Shown here in pieces: positions 55,174 to 64,000 of a stretch of DNA of 64,000 nucleotides. Numbering within the stretch: the stretch's first letter is position 1; each line of letters begins with the position of its first letter. The notes beneath the pieces were generated by a model. It searched no databases. It saw only the letters and a list, made by a program, of their open reading frames with translations, and had not been told where the DNA came from. Made by a program: the position numbers and the translations under genes. Origin of the DNA: a virus; the IMG/VR virus record IMGVR_UViG_3300047445_000457, positions 6,227-70,226 of that record; one strand, 5' to 3'.

Positions 55174-55581
55174 ATGACTAGCAATGTCGCGCGCCGTGGG
55201 GAGATCAACGAGTTGCGCAAGCAGCTTAAGGTCGATCTTTTCAACCTTGAAAAGAAATTTAAGGAAGAGTCCGTCGCGCTGGAGAAGAAGTGTCAGGCAG
55301 ACATTTCCGCTCTCGAGCGTGAAATCAAGGAATGCGAAGCTCAGGAAGTGCGGGCGGCGCGAGAACAGATTCAACAAATCATCGCGGCTACCGGGCTTGA
55401 CCCTGCCGCCATCTTTGCAGGCCTGGCCGGGGCACGCGGCACCCAGGAAGCCCGCACCACCCGCAAACCAATGAGACCATCCACGGTCCAGCATACCGGC
55501 CCGAAAGGCCAAATCTGGAACGGGCGTGGTCGCACACCACAGTGGTTCAAGGAACGCCAAGTCGCTTCCAATGGCCACTAA
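55174..55581 (+). CDS. H-NS family protein
   Basis: Coiled-coil N-terminus; GQIWNGRGRTPQW motif. Confidence 0.85.
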   Translation: MTSNVARRGEINELRKQLKVDLFNLEKKFKEESVALEKKCQADISALEREIKECEAQEVRAAREQIQQIIAATGLDPAAIFAGLAGARGTQEARTTRKPMRPSTVQHTGPKGQIWNGRGRTPQWFKERQVASNGH

Positions 55582-55611
55582 CACCATTACCCAGATCGAC
55601 CTGGTGCAGGC

Positions 55612-55899
55612 GTGACGAATCCTGTCCATTACATGGATGCGACTCCCTGCCCCGTGTGCAGGGCCGAGCTGTCAGCGGTATCGAGCGCGAACGTGGCCGA
55701 GAACATCGTCGTGCCGCAGCCTGGTGATGTCACGGTCTGCCTGCACTGCGCCGCCGCGCTGCGCTTTAACGCCACCATGCTTCCGCAGCGGCTGACCGCC
55801 TACGATTTCTCGGACTTCGACCCTGAAACCCTGTGGGACCTTACCCGACTGCTCACGGCGGTGCGGATTGCCAAGCGCACTGGCCGGAAGCAGGCATGA
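55612..55899 (+). CDS. Zn-finger hypothetical protein
   Basis: CPVC...PQPGDVTVCLHC. Confidence 0.65.
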   Translation: MTNPVHYMDATPCPVCRAELSAVSSANVAENIVVPQPGDVTVCLHCAAALRFNATMLPQRLTAYDFSDFDPETLWDLTRLLTAVRIAKRTGRKQA

Positions 55900-56504
55900 G
55901 CGATCTCGCCAAAATCCGCCAGCGTGAAACCGACCCGGCCGTGCTTGAGCATGCGCAGCGCGTTTCAGACAAGATCGTTGCCCGCGTGGATCAACAGCGC
56001 GTCCAGTTGTTCGGGGCAATGGCCAAGCAGATGCCACACCTGGCCGGCAAAGTCGACATGCTGCGCCGAATGTCGGGCGAGCTCGCAACGGCGGCGCGCG
56101 ACCTGGTGCCGTGCTCCCGCGGCTGCTCCCACTGCTGCCACATGGCCACCATGCTGAGCCAGGAAGAGGCTGAAGTCATTGCGGCCGAGACTGGTGCGCC
56201 ACTCGCCACGCCGTCAGCCTGGTTCACTGGCGCCGACGAGCGGAACCGCTACGATGGCATACCGTGCCCCTTCCTCAAAGACAGCAAGTGCAGCATCTAC
56301 GAGCATCGCCCGGTGGCCTGCCGCCTGCATGTCCACCTGGACCGTGACAATACCCTCTGCCAGATCATTCCCGGTGAACCCATCCAGGTCCCGCGCCTCG
56401 ACACGCTGCGTTTCGACCTGAATTACGTCAGCGCCTTCGGTGATCCGCTGAACGCAAAACTGGCGGACATCCGCGAATTCTTCCCGAATGGATTGGCAAA
56501 GTGA
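55896..56504 (+). CDS. YkgJ-family CxxCxxCC cysteine-cluster protein
   Basis: CSRGCSHCC, CPFL...CSIYEHRPVACR. Confidence 0.88.
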   Translation: MSDLAKIRQRETDPAVLEHAQRVSDKIVARVDQQRVQLFGAMAKQMPHLAGKVDMLRRMSGELATAARDLVPCSRGCSHCCHMATMLSQEEAEVIAAETGAPLATPSAWFTGADERNRYDGIPCPFLKDSKCSIYEHRPVACRLHVHLDRDNTLCQIIPGEPIQVPRLDTLRFDLNYVSAFGDPLNAKLADIREFFPNGLAK

Positions 56505-56641
56505 GCTATTCGATTCGCCATAACGGCCGAGCGATCAAGTGTGACACCTGCGGTCGCACCTCATGGAACCTGAGTGATGTGAAATACCTGTTTTGCGGCT
56601 TTTGCAACGCATTCCATAAGCCGGTCGAAGAACCGCAATGA
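56501..56641 (+). CDS. Small Zn-finger protein (46 aa)
   Basis: IKCDTCGRTSWNLSDVKYLFCGFCNAFH; GTGA overlap. Confidence 0.65.
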   Translation: MSYSIRHNGRAIKCDTCGRTSWNLSDVKYLFCGFCNAFHKPVEEPQ

Positions 56642-56789
56642 GAATTTACTACTGCACTGTGCCGGGCCGCATCGGCTCACCAGCGTAGAAACCCAGCGCG
56701 CATTTTGGCGCGAAAGCGCAGTAAGCCGGAACGAAGGCTGAGCCCCCCTTTATTTCCTTCGCTTTGCCATAATTTCACGGGAGAGAACT

Positions 56790-58085
56790 ATGGCGCAACA
56801 CCTTGGATTACAACCTGTTCGCTGGGACGACGAAGAATGGGAAGATTTGGCCACGCTGCTGCATGAAGACAATCCACACCAGCACTACATGGATTCGTCC
56901 GACCTGGGCGGCCTATGCCTGCGACACTTGAACAACGCCGCCGCGCAAATGCGGCGCCCGCGTCATATGGTCGCCCTGACGGATCCGCGCAAGAACCTGC
57001 TGAAGGCATTCGCCCGCCTGCGCGCCAGCCGTCCAGGGGCTGCTTCCGGCACCGAGACGCGCACCCGCCGCGCCCCGGCGCCCTGCGAGCCAGCCAGCCC
57101 CCTCAAGCTCGACGGCAATGGTCGCCCGCTGTCGATCCCGACTGAGCAACGAGCAAAACCAGCTGAATCGACCAGTCCGTTCGCGGCCGTGGCGTGGGAT
57201 CGCGGCGAATGGCTGGCGATCGCCACCGAGATCGACCGCATGTATTCGGGGGCAAACTACCCGAACCGCGAGCACCTGAGCGGCCTGACTTCGGAAGACG
57301 TGGCATTCGCGCAGCGCATCCTGCCGCTCGAGCGCCAGATCCGCCATGTCAAGGTAGCCAGCTTCTCGACCCTGGCGCCGGCGCTGAAAGAGGCTTTCGA
57401 GGACCTGAAACGCCAGCGCCGCAGTGCTGAACTGGAGCAGGGTGTCGTGGCCGAGGCCGAACGCCACGCCAAGAACGCGCTGGACAAGGCCGCGGCGGCG
57501 CGCCAGGTACGCCCCGCGCCCGCGCCCGCGCCCGCGCCTGCCGTGGCGCCTGAGCCGGCACCCACGCCGATCACTGCCGGCCCGCGCGAAGCCGTGCTAA
57601 CGTCGGCTGTCAGTACCGTGCTGGGGATGTTGGCCGATTACCTGCGCCCGATGATTGCAGAGCTGATCGAGCAGGCCTTGAATGCGCCCCCGGCAGCGGT
57701 GCCGCCTGCGCCCGAGACCGCGCAAGCCGCCATGCCGACGCCGACGCCGGCGACTGTGGCGAAGCCAAGAGGGCGACGCATCCGAATCGGTATCGTCGGC
57801 AACCGCAACAGCTATGCCAGCGATCTTCAGCGCGACTTCCCGACTGTCGATTTCACCTGTATCGACAGCCTGAAGTGCGTCGATTCCATAAAGAACTGCG
57901 AGCGTGTGCTGGTACTGACGAAGTTCATCAGCCACAAGCTGGATGGCCAGGTCAAGCGCTCGATCGAGCCGACTCGGTACACGCCCGTGCATGGCTGCCT
58001 GACCGACATCCGGCGGGTTATAACCGGGCTGCTGAACGGCGAGCGCACCGAAGCCAGCCAGCCAGTGGTCGCACTCGCGGCCTGA
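56790..58085 (+). CDS. Multi-domain hypothetical protein with C-terminal DUF2325-like domain
   Basis: Two WDxxEWxx(L/I)A repeats; RIGIVG...VLVLTKFISH. Confidence 0.7.
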   Translation: MAQHLGLQPVRWDDEEWEDLATLLHEDNPHQHYMDSSDLGGLCLRHLNNAAAQMRRPRHMVALTDPRKNLLKAFARLRASRPGAASGTETRTRRAPAPCEPASPLKLDGNGRPLSIPTEQRAKPAESTSPFAAVAWDRGEWLAIATEIDRMYSGANYPNREHLSGLTSEDVAFAQRILPLERQIRHVKVASFSTLAPALKEAFEDLKRQRRSAELEQGVVAEAERHAKNALDKAAAARQVRPAPAPAPAPAVAPEPAPTPITAGPREAVLTSAVSTVLGMLADYLRPMIAELIEQALNAPPAAVPPAPETAQAAMPTPTPATVAKPRGRRIRIGIVGNRNSYASDLQRDFPTVDFTCIDSLKCVDSIKNCERVLVLTKFISHKLDGQVKRSIEPTRYTPVHGCLTDIRRVITGLLNGERTEASQPVVALAA

Positions 58086-58181
58086 AAAGAGCATCATGAA
58101 GAAACAGGCCGAGAAATTGTCCGCCGAAGCGATCAAGACGAGAAAGCGATGGGCGCCATCAGCGCCGATCTGCTGCAGTGA

Positions 58182-58658
58182 ATGACGACGCCCGAACCCC
58201 TCCCGGAGGGTATCCACCGGGTGTCGATCGACGCCATCCAGCTTACGCCCGAACAACAGAAGCATGTGCGCGTGCTGATGCTGCTGTCCGAGGGCGAACG
58301 CCTGGCGGACCTGGCCAAGCGGCTGACGCACCCGCGCCGCTGCATCCTGTTGCGCCTGCGCGACAGCCGCCGCGCGAGCGAGCTGGTGCATCGCGCCGAC
58401 GACCTGCTGGGCGAGGTCGCGCGCTTGACCGGGCAAGAACACACGCCGCTACCACGCGGCCGCCCGATGGCGTTCGGCAGCCCACTGGCCTGGTGGTGTC
58501 TGCAATGGTCGTTCGGGATCTGGAGCGCATCAAACCTGCTGAACTACCTTGCTGACCACCGCTGGGTCCTGGCCACCATGAGCGCCCTGTCGCTCCTGCT
58601 GTGTGCAGGCTGGCGGGTGCCGCCGTACCGGCTGGCCAAGCAAGGGAAGTGGGGATAA
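58182..58658 (+). CDS. Hypothetical membrane protein
   Basis: Two C-terminal hydrophobic segments. Confidence 0.6.
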   Translation: MTTPEPLPEGIHRVSIDAIQLTPEQQKHVRVLMLLSEGERLADLAKRLTHPRRCILLRLRDSRRASELVHRADDLLGEVARLTGQEHTPLPRGRPMAFGSPLAWWCLQWSFGIWSASNLLNYLADHRWVLATMSALSLLLCAGWRVPPYRLAKQGKWG

Positions 58659-58683
58659 CAACGAGTGACAAGCAAGGAATGAC

Positions 58684-58992
58684 ATGGCCGGGATACGACG
58701 AAGTGAAGATGATCTGGCCGAAGCCGGAAAGCAGTTTTTGGAGGGGGTCGCGCAGGCCGGGCGGGACCAGAACCTGGGACGGTCCTTCGTGATTCGCCTG
58801 TTCGGTGTGTTCGCGCGCAAGTGCGTCGACCTGGACGTGAACGAAGGCAGGCAGCGCGACGAGGCGACCATGGCACGCATGACCGAGTTCATGCAGGGTA
58901 TGGGCATGGAAACGGTGGGCGAGAACGTCGGAGACGAAGAAGCCGGCGCCATGTTCGATCTGGCGACGCGCAAGCGGGGGACACTGCAATGA
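58684..58992 (+). CDS. Hypothetical protein
   Basis: AAGGA SD; 102 aa. Confidence 0.65.
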   Translation: MAGIRRSEDDLAEAGKQFLEGVAQAGRDQNLGRSFVIRLFGVFARKCVDLDVNEGRQRDEATMARMTEFMQGMGMETVGENVGDEEAGAMFDLATRKRGTLQ

Positions 58993-59513
58993 ACGACGGC
59001 ATGATTGTCTCGCGCCTGATCGTCGGCGCGCGCTGCGATCCGACGTACGAACGCGAGCTGCTGGCCGCGGCGAAGACCACGCCGGATGGCCTGCCGGCCT
59101 TCTGTGTGTTCGAGGTCACGGCCTCGCGCGGGACGAAAACGCGGCGCGTGCTGTGCTGCTGGTCCGGTGGTGCGCTCGACCACAACAAGGTGAAGGATCG
59201 CACGTTCACAAAGGGAGCGAGTGGGATCCGGTTTTCCCCGGTGGGGCTGGCCGCGTTCCAGGCGCTGATGCGGTTGCCAGTGTGTATGGACGACTACCCG
59301 GCGATCAAGCCGCTGCCCGTCATCCGTGAAATCAAGCTGGGGCCGACCCCGCTGCGCGACAAGGTGATCGACGCCGTGCTGGAAGCGCAACCAGGCGCGC
59401 GCCTGTGCTTCCTGGGCGACCTGGCCGGGGAGCTGGAGGGAAAAATATCGCCGGCGTTCAACATCATGGACGGCGACCCGATCATGCTCGATGACGATGG
59501 GAGACCCACATGA
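58989..59513 (+). CDS. Hypothetical protein
   Basis: ATGA-coupled on both sides. Confidence 0.65.
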   Translation: MNDGMIVSRLIVGARCDPTYERELLAAAKTTPDGLPAFCVFEVTASRGTKTRRVLCCWSGGALDHNKVKDRTFTKGASGIRFSPVGLAAFQALMRLPVCMDDYPAIKPLPVIREIKLGPTPLRDKVIDAVLEAQPGARLCFLGDLAGELEGKISPAFNIMDGDPIMLDDDGRPT

Positions 59514-59770
59514 GCACCCGAAGGTCCGACCCATTGACCGCGCCGGACGTCGTGCTCAATCTGTGGACCGTGTACGAGCGGCCGAGCGACTACACGCAGG
59601 GGTTTGTCGCGCGCCTGCACCACGCCTACGCGAACGGCACCCACGGACCGACCTCGCTCGCATGCTACGGCCCGAGCCTGGAATCGGTGCGCGCGCAACT
59701 CCCCGGCGGCCTGTACAACCTGGGCCGACAACCCGATGACGATCCCTGTATCGTGGAGACTTGGATATGA
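59510..59770 (+). CDS. Hypothetical phage protein
   Basis: WTVYERPSDY...FVAR...DDPCIVETWI. Confidence 0.7.
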   Translation: MSTRRSDPLTAPDVVLNLWTVYERPSDYTQGFVARLHHAYANGTHGPTSLACYGPSLESVRAQLPGGLYNLGRQPDDDPCIVETWI

Positions 59771-60345
59771 CCGATCTGGCAAGGACTGAAACCGACTTGA
59801 CCGTGCCGGTGCGCACGCACTACCCGGCGCTGTTCCAGCCGACCGCCAACGGCTTCCTCGTCCGCTTCCGCGACATTCCCGAGGCGCTCACGCAGGGTGA
59901 CGACGAGATCGACGCAATGGGCATGGCGGAAGACGCGCTCGCAACCGCGCTCGAGTTCTACTTTGAAACGGATCGCTTGCCGCCGCTGCCGTCCGCGCTG
60001 CGATCAGGGGAGCGCATGGTCCGGCTGCCGCTGGAGGCCGACTTGCTGCTGCACCAGCGCATCCTGGACGGCGTGCGCAAAGCGTCCGGCCCGCTGAATC
60101 TCTGGTGGGCCATGATCGAGGCCGATGAATCCATGGCCGGCGAGGACCCGAGCGTAACCCTACCGGACGGCAAGACGATTCTGAACTTCATGGGATCCGG
60201 TGCGTCGACCACCGTGACGGCGGGACACCTGCGCGCCTTCATGGATGCCGCCGGCGATGCGTCCAGGCTGCTGGCCACGAATGAGGATCGTGCTTGGGGC
60301 GAGCGCCTGCTCAAGGACCTGATCGAGGATGCGCAGAATGGATAA
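59767..60345 (+). CDS. hicB: HicB-like antitoxin domain fused to an unknown C-terminus
   Basis: YPALF...GFLVRFRDIPEALTQGD...AEDAL...PLPS. Confidence 0.8.
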   Translation: MTDLARTETDLTVPVRTHYPALFQPTANGFLVRFRDIPEALTQGDDEIDAMGMAEDALATALEFYFETDRLPPLPSALRSGERMVRLPLEADLLLHQRILDGVRKASGPLNLWWAMIEADESMAGEDPSVTLPDGKTILNFMGSGASTTVTAGHLRAFMDAAGDASRLLATNEDRAWGERLLKDLIEDAQNG

Positions 60346-60814
60346 GCCGATCGACATCAGCCAGGCGAAGCGCCTGGTCACGCAACTGCGCGGCGAGCTG
60401 GCCCGCGTGCGGATCGAGCGCGACACCCAGGCGTACGGCCTGCTCCTGGCAAACGAGCACCGCGTCGAGCAGGACGCCAAGATTGCCGAGTTACAGCGCG
60501 AGCACGAAGAGGTGTACGGCACGATCGTGCGCCTGAGCGACCTGCTGCGCGACACCGCCAACGCCCTGAAAGGCCCGCCACCGAAACTGATGCTGCACTC
60601 CTGGCACGACCTGCCCGAGTGGGCGAGCGCGGCGCGCGCCGCTGCCGATGCCGGCGCCAGCCTCGATGCCGGCACGGATTATTCGGTCGCGGAGCATGAG
60701 AAACAGGTAGCGATGGTCCGGGCGTGGCCGCGCCGGCTGGCCAAGGATGCGCGGGAGACCGACGCTGCGCTCGCCCTGTGCAAGGCGGCGCAGAGCGCGG
60801 GTGCGCCGGAATGA
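60338..60814 (+). CDS. Hypothetical coiled-coil protein
   Basis: LLRDTANALKGPP...HSWHDLPE. Confidence 0.65.
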   Translation: MDKPIDISQAKRLVTQLRGELARVRIERDTQAYGLLLANEHRVEQDAKIAELQREHEEVYGTIVRLSDLLRDTANALKGPPPKLMLHSWHDLPEWASAARAAADAGASLDAGTDYSVAEHEKQVAMVRAWPRRLAKDARETDAALALCKAAQSAGAPE

Positions 60815-61041
60815 GTCGCAACGACAAGCTCGATGAATTGCATGCCAAGATCAAGGCCGGCACGATGACATACGAAGATACTGCCGACCTGTTCATGATG
60901 ACGATGGTTGGGCAATCCACTGGAGTCTCGCGCGAGGAAATACTGGCGAAGACGCGCGCTCACTTCCAGGACGCTACCGCGCTGAACGGCTACCTGCAGC
61001 ACGCTTTCGCTCAGTACGAAGCGCTGGTAGGGCTCAGATGA
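60811..61041 (+). CDS. Hypothetical protein
   Basis: ATGA-coupled; 76 aa. Confidence 0.6.
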   Translation: MSRNDKLDELHAKIKAGTMTYEDTADLFMMTMVGQSTGVSREEILAKTRAHFQDATALNGYLQHAFAQYEALVGLR

Positions 61042-61262
61042 GCCAAGGCTACCGGGTGGAAGGCTCGCACGGCTGCAAGGTGATTATCGGTGCGGTGCCC
61101 GTCAGTGATTTCGTTGCGCTGACGCGGGCATGGTCCGAGCTGGAGCAGGAAGGCGAAGAGTGGATTGTCGACGGCCTACTGGCCCAATCGCTCGGGGCCA
61201 ACTTCGTGCTCGGCCCCAAGGCAGCGTGTCTGGCGTGGCGCACGGAACGCGGGATCGAATGA
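61038..61262 (+). CDS. Hypothetical protein
   Basis: ATGA-coupled; 74 aa. Confidence 0.6.
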   Translation: MSQGYRVEGSHGCKVIIGAVPVSDFVALTRAWSELEQEGEEWIVDGLLAQSLGANFVLGPKAACLAWRTERGIE

Positions 61263-61263
61263 C

Positions 61264-61536
61264 ATGCCGCACGCTAAGGTGTTCGCCCTGCTCGGCGGCC
61301 GGGTGGCACTGTTGTGCGGCACCTGCGGCACGATGACCACGCTCACAAGCGGCGCGCCGCTTGTCTGCGCGCACTGCGCTGTAGCGGTCAGGCCAGCACC
61401 TGGCTATCCGCTGGTCACGGAGCCGCAGCCGCCAACCAAGAAAGCCCAGGACGGGCGCGCAGGCAAGGAGAAATTACGTCATGACGGAAAACGAAAGCGA
61501 CGAAGGCGCAAGCCTGTTATGCCAGTGGTGCGATGA
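61264..61536 (+). CDS. Zn-ribbon protein with basic tail
   Basis: CGTC...CAHC. Confidence 0.5.
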   Translation: MPHAKVFALLGGRVALLCGTCGTMTTLTSGAPLVCAHCAVAVRPAPGYPLVTEPQPPTKKAQDGRAGKEKLRHDGKRKRRRRKPVMPVVR

Positions 61537-61780
61537 ACCGGTGACGGAGCTGGAACTTCGGCTGGGAGGCGCGGAGGCTACTCTTTGGGGGCAGGTGACG
61601 CACATCGAATGCGGACTGCGTAGCGTCGTTGGCTCGGTGGGCCACCAGGCGCACCGCTGTTCCTGCCACGGGGGCACGGAGGAAGACCCGCCCGGCATGA
61701 CCAGGCGGGAAGCGGCGCGGGCCGCGATGACGTATTTCCAGTGGCGGCACCCGCCGGCCCGCTCTCACCAACCCGAGTAA
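61481..61780 (+). CDS. Cys/His-rich hypothetical protein
   Basis: AAGGAG SD; CQWC...HIEC...GSVGHQAHRCSC. Confidence 0.65.
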   Translation: MTENESDEGASLLCQWCDEPVTELELRLGGAEATLWGQVTHIECGLRSVVGSVGHQAHRCSCHGGTEEDPPGMTRREAARAAMTYFQWRHPPARSHQPE

Positions 61781-62418
61781 AGCGCGTACAGGCGGCCCCA
61801 ATCCTCGAGCGCGCCTTCATCCCGCAGGATCTCGATCCCCTCGCTCGCGTGCCAGTCCTTTTTGACGCGCACCATCCAGTTTTTGTCCTCTCCTTGCTTG
61901 TACAACTGCAGCACCGTGGCGGCCATCAACTGGCGCAAGGGCGATGCAGCGCGGTAGGCGGATCGCCACTCCTGGATTTCGGCGTCGATCGGGTCGGACG
62001 TCCGATAGTCGATCCCACGCGGCCGCAGATAATAATGCTCGCCTCCACTGCCATACGGCACCTCGATCCGCGTGAAAAACGGATGCAGGTCGTACTTGTC
62101 GACTACCTGCCATACCTGCTGGCCGAAAGCGGCCGGGTCGTACCAGCGGCGCCGTTCGTGTGCGCCGCACAGCCCGGCCAGCGCCTCCTTCTCAATGCTG
62201 TCGAGCTGATGCGCCTTCTGGATCAGGGCAACGAAGGTCAGTTTTGGAAAGCGGTCGCGCGCGATCGCCGGCACCGTCAGCGCATAGCCCACCAAGGCGA
62301 CGGGTGCGCGGGAGTGGTGGATATAGCCGTCTGCGGCGCGGGCGTCGATCAGCTGGGTGCCGAGCGGCCCCACGGCCAGGCCGAGTTCATCGAGCAATCG
62401 TGTGGTATCGGGGGTCAT
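61765..62418 (-). CDS. Hypothetical protein
   Basis: 217 aa, normal codon bias, ends WGRLYALYSGW. Confidence 0.75.
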   Translation of the reverse strand: MTPDTTRLLDELGLAVGPLGTQLIDARAADGYIHHSRAPVALVGYALTVPAIARDRFPKLTFVALIQKAHQLDSIEKEALAGLCGAHERRRWYDPAAFGQQVWQVVDKYDLHPFFTRIEVPYGSGGEHYYLRPRGIDYRTSDPIDAEIQEWRSAYRAASPLRQLMAATVLQLYKQGEDKNWMVRVKKDWHASEGIEILRDEGALEDWGRLYALYSGW

Positions 62419-62505
62419 CGTCAGATCCTGTCTCTCATGTGGACATCCCCACCGGATCACCGGGGGGATACATTTTTATCAGTTATATTACCAAAGTAGC
62501 AACTC

Positions 62506-63000
62506 TCAGAACGGGATGTCCTGATCCATATCCGAGAAGTTCGCGGCGGGCTGCGGGCGAGCCGCCGGTGCCGGCGCCTGGCGCGCTCCTGGGCGCGGTG
62601 CGGGGGTGGTCATCGCGGTCTGGTAGCTGTCGTCCGCGCCGTAGCTGTCGTTACCTCCTGGACCCGTGCGACCGCCCAGCATCTGCATGTTCTCGGCAAT
62701 GATGTCGGTAGCGTAGCGCTCGATGCCGTCCTTGTCGGTGTACTTGCGGGTCTGCAGGCGGCCTTCGACGTAGACCGACGAGCCCTTTTTGAGGTACTGG
62801 CCGACGATCTCCGCCAGGCGGCCGAAGAAGGATATCCGGTGCCACTCGGTCAGTTCTTTCTGTTCGCCGGTGTTGCGGTCCTTCGACTTGTACGAGGTCG
62901 CCACCGCGATGTTGGCGATCGCGTCGCCGCTCGGCATGTGGCGCACTTCCGGGTCGCGGCCGAGATTGCCGACGATGATGACCTTGTTGACTGATGCCAT
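62506..63000 (-). CDS. ssb: Single-stranded DNA-binding protein
   Basis: [18 protein letters not shown]...TEWHR...DIPF. Confidence 0.97.
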   Translation of the reverse strand: MASVNKVIIVGNLGRDPEVRHMPSGDAIANIAVATSYKSKDRNTGEQKELTEWHRISFFGRLAEIVGQYLKKGSSVYVEGRLQTRKYTDKDGIERYATDIIAENMQMLGGRTGPGGNDSYGADDSYQTAMTTPAPRPGARQAPAPAARPQPAANFSDMDQDIPF

Positions 63001-63074
63001 GATCTGACTCCTACGTAAAGTGTCCTGGAGCCGCCAGGCCGGATTCCTTGTCTTTGCAACCTAGCAATTATAGG

Positions 63075-63386
63075 TCACTTGCTGTTGCCGGCTTCACTCC
63101 GATCTGCTGTCTTACCGGGCTTCCTCGGGCGCTTCGGTGCCTGCACCAGGGCCGCTTCGAGCAGGAGCAGGCGCCAGGCGGCATAGTCGATCGCCGCATG
63201 GGACCGGGCCGTGGCTGGAGCCAGCCAGCGACGAACGGCGCGGCCGTCCTTCACACCCGTCAGGCCAGCGATCCGGTTGCCGGTGTAGCCAAGCATGGCA
63301 TACACGGCGCGGACGTCATCGGGCGACGGTTGCCGAAAGTTCGGGTCCGTGTACAGAAGCAGGGTATCGGGATGGGGCGCGGTCAT
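63075..63386 (-). CDS. korC: KorC-like HTH repressor
   Basis: QPSPDDVRAV...GYTG...RAVRRW...IDYAAWRLL resembles RK2 KorC as I recall it. Confidence 0.65.
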   Translation of the reverse strand: MTAPHPDTLLLYTDPNFRQPSPDDVRAVYAMLGYTGNRIAGLTGVKDGRAVRRWLAPATARSHAAIDYAAWRLLLLEAALVQAPKRPRKPGKTADRSEAGNSK

Positions 63387-63394
63387 GCCTCATT

Positions 63395-63598
63395 CTACCC
63401 AGCAGCAGATCCACCTGGAGGACGACGCCAGCGCGTTAGAGCTTCCTCAAGGATGCGGCTCGCCTCATGCTCGGGCTCCGACTCCATCAGGACCGCAGCG
63501 GCGTCGATCACCCGACGCATGCAATGGGCGATGCTGACCATCCGGGCGATTGTCTCCAGCCGGGCAGGTTTGGTATCGAAATTGGTGGTCTCACTCAT
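63395..63598 (-). CDS. Hypothetical protein
   Basis: 67-aa ORF in the leftward operon. Confidence 0.5.
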   Translation of the reverse strand: MSETTNFDTKPARLETIARMVSIAHCMRRVIDAAAVLMESEPEHEASRILEEALTRWRRPPGGSAAG

Positions 63599-63643
63599 GC
63601 TTGTCTCGCTTGCGCCGTAGCGCTCCAGTAATGTGTTGCCGAA

Positions 63644-64000
63644 TCAGGGCCGGGACAGGACTCCGCTCATCACTTCCACCAGCAATTGCCGCAGCTCCCA
63701 AGGGGTCCGCTTGCCCACGGTCGTCCGCAATACCTTGTCGAACCCGCCCGCGTAGATCGCGTTGTTCCATGCATCCGGGCTGTAGTTGTGCTGCAGGATG
63801 AAGGCGGCGTCGACCCCTGCCGCCGCCCGGCTGGCGATGTCAAGGCAGAACCGCACCAGGCTGGCCACTATCGGTTCAAGCGCCGGCTCAAGGCGCTGCG
63901 GGGCGACGTCCAGCAAGCGATATGCCGCAGTGGTCCATATCGCCACCACGCGGGCCTGTGCCCTGGTGGCGTACTCGACTTGGGTTTCCGATCCAGTCAT
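63644..64000 (-). CDS. Hypothetical protein (probably 5'-truncated by the window)
   Basis: Frame open to the window end. Confidence 0.55.
   Translation of the reverse strand: MTGSETQVEYATRAQARVVAIWTTAAYRLLDVAPQRLEPALEPIVASLVRFCLDIASRAAAGVDAAFILQHNYSPDAWNNAIYAGGFDKVLRTTVGKRTPWELRQLLVEVMSGVLSRP

Larger units (their letters stand above)
1..64000. mobile_element. Temperate podovirus-type phage, probably a phage-plasmid (incomplete in window)
   Basis: Terminase, portal, capsid, lysis and lambdoid early genes plus Rep/TrfA/iterons/dif-like site; no host genes or integrase seen. Confidence 0.85.

Noticed and set aside
63059-63075. ACCTA-N7-TAGGT palindrome over the ssb -10 as a KorC operator
   Set aside because: Does not match the RK2 operator TAGGGCA-N3-TGCCCTA; single short instance
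1-64000. Integrase, parA, tRNA or rRNA genes
   Set aside because: None recognised in the window; they could lie outside it

Overview
The whole 64 kb window is one temperate phage genome; no host housekeeping genes are visible. It is GC-rich and probably infects a betaproteobacterium (the SSB looks Oxalobacteraceae-like; inference). The virion module is on the minus strand: terminase, P22-type portal, scaffold, N4-gp56-type capsid protein, adaptors, several tail/fibre proteins, lysis cassette and ejection proteins. It ends in a giant polyvalent DarB-like ORF (at least 3089 codons, <1..9269) that the ORF track misses because it runs off the left edge without a stop. By my translation this ORF carries ParB-like, TGT/DpdA-like transglycosylase, C5-methyltransferase and the start of a DarB-type N6-methyltransferase region, and has a second gene nested inside it. 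The early region is lambdoid (Q-like, O/P-like, CI-like, exonuclease). No integrase is seen. Instead there is a plasmid replicon: pBBR1-type Rep, IncP TrfA-type initiator with 21-bp-phased iterons, AT-rich region, XerCD dif-like site, H-NS and KorC homologues. The best interpretation is a phage-plasmid podovirus with heavy anti-restriction equipment. All family calls come from motif recognition by eye, not database searches.
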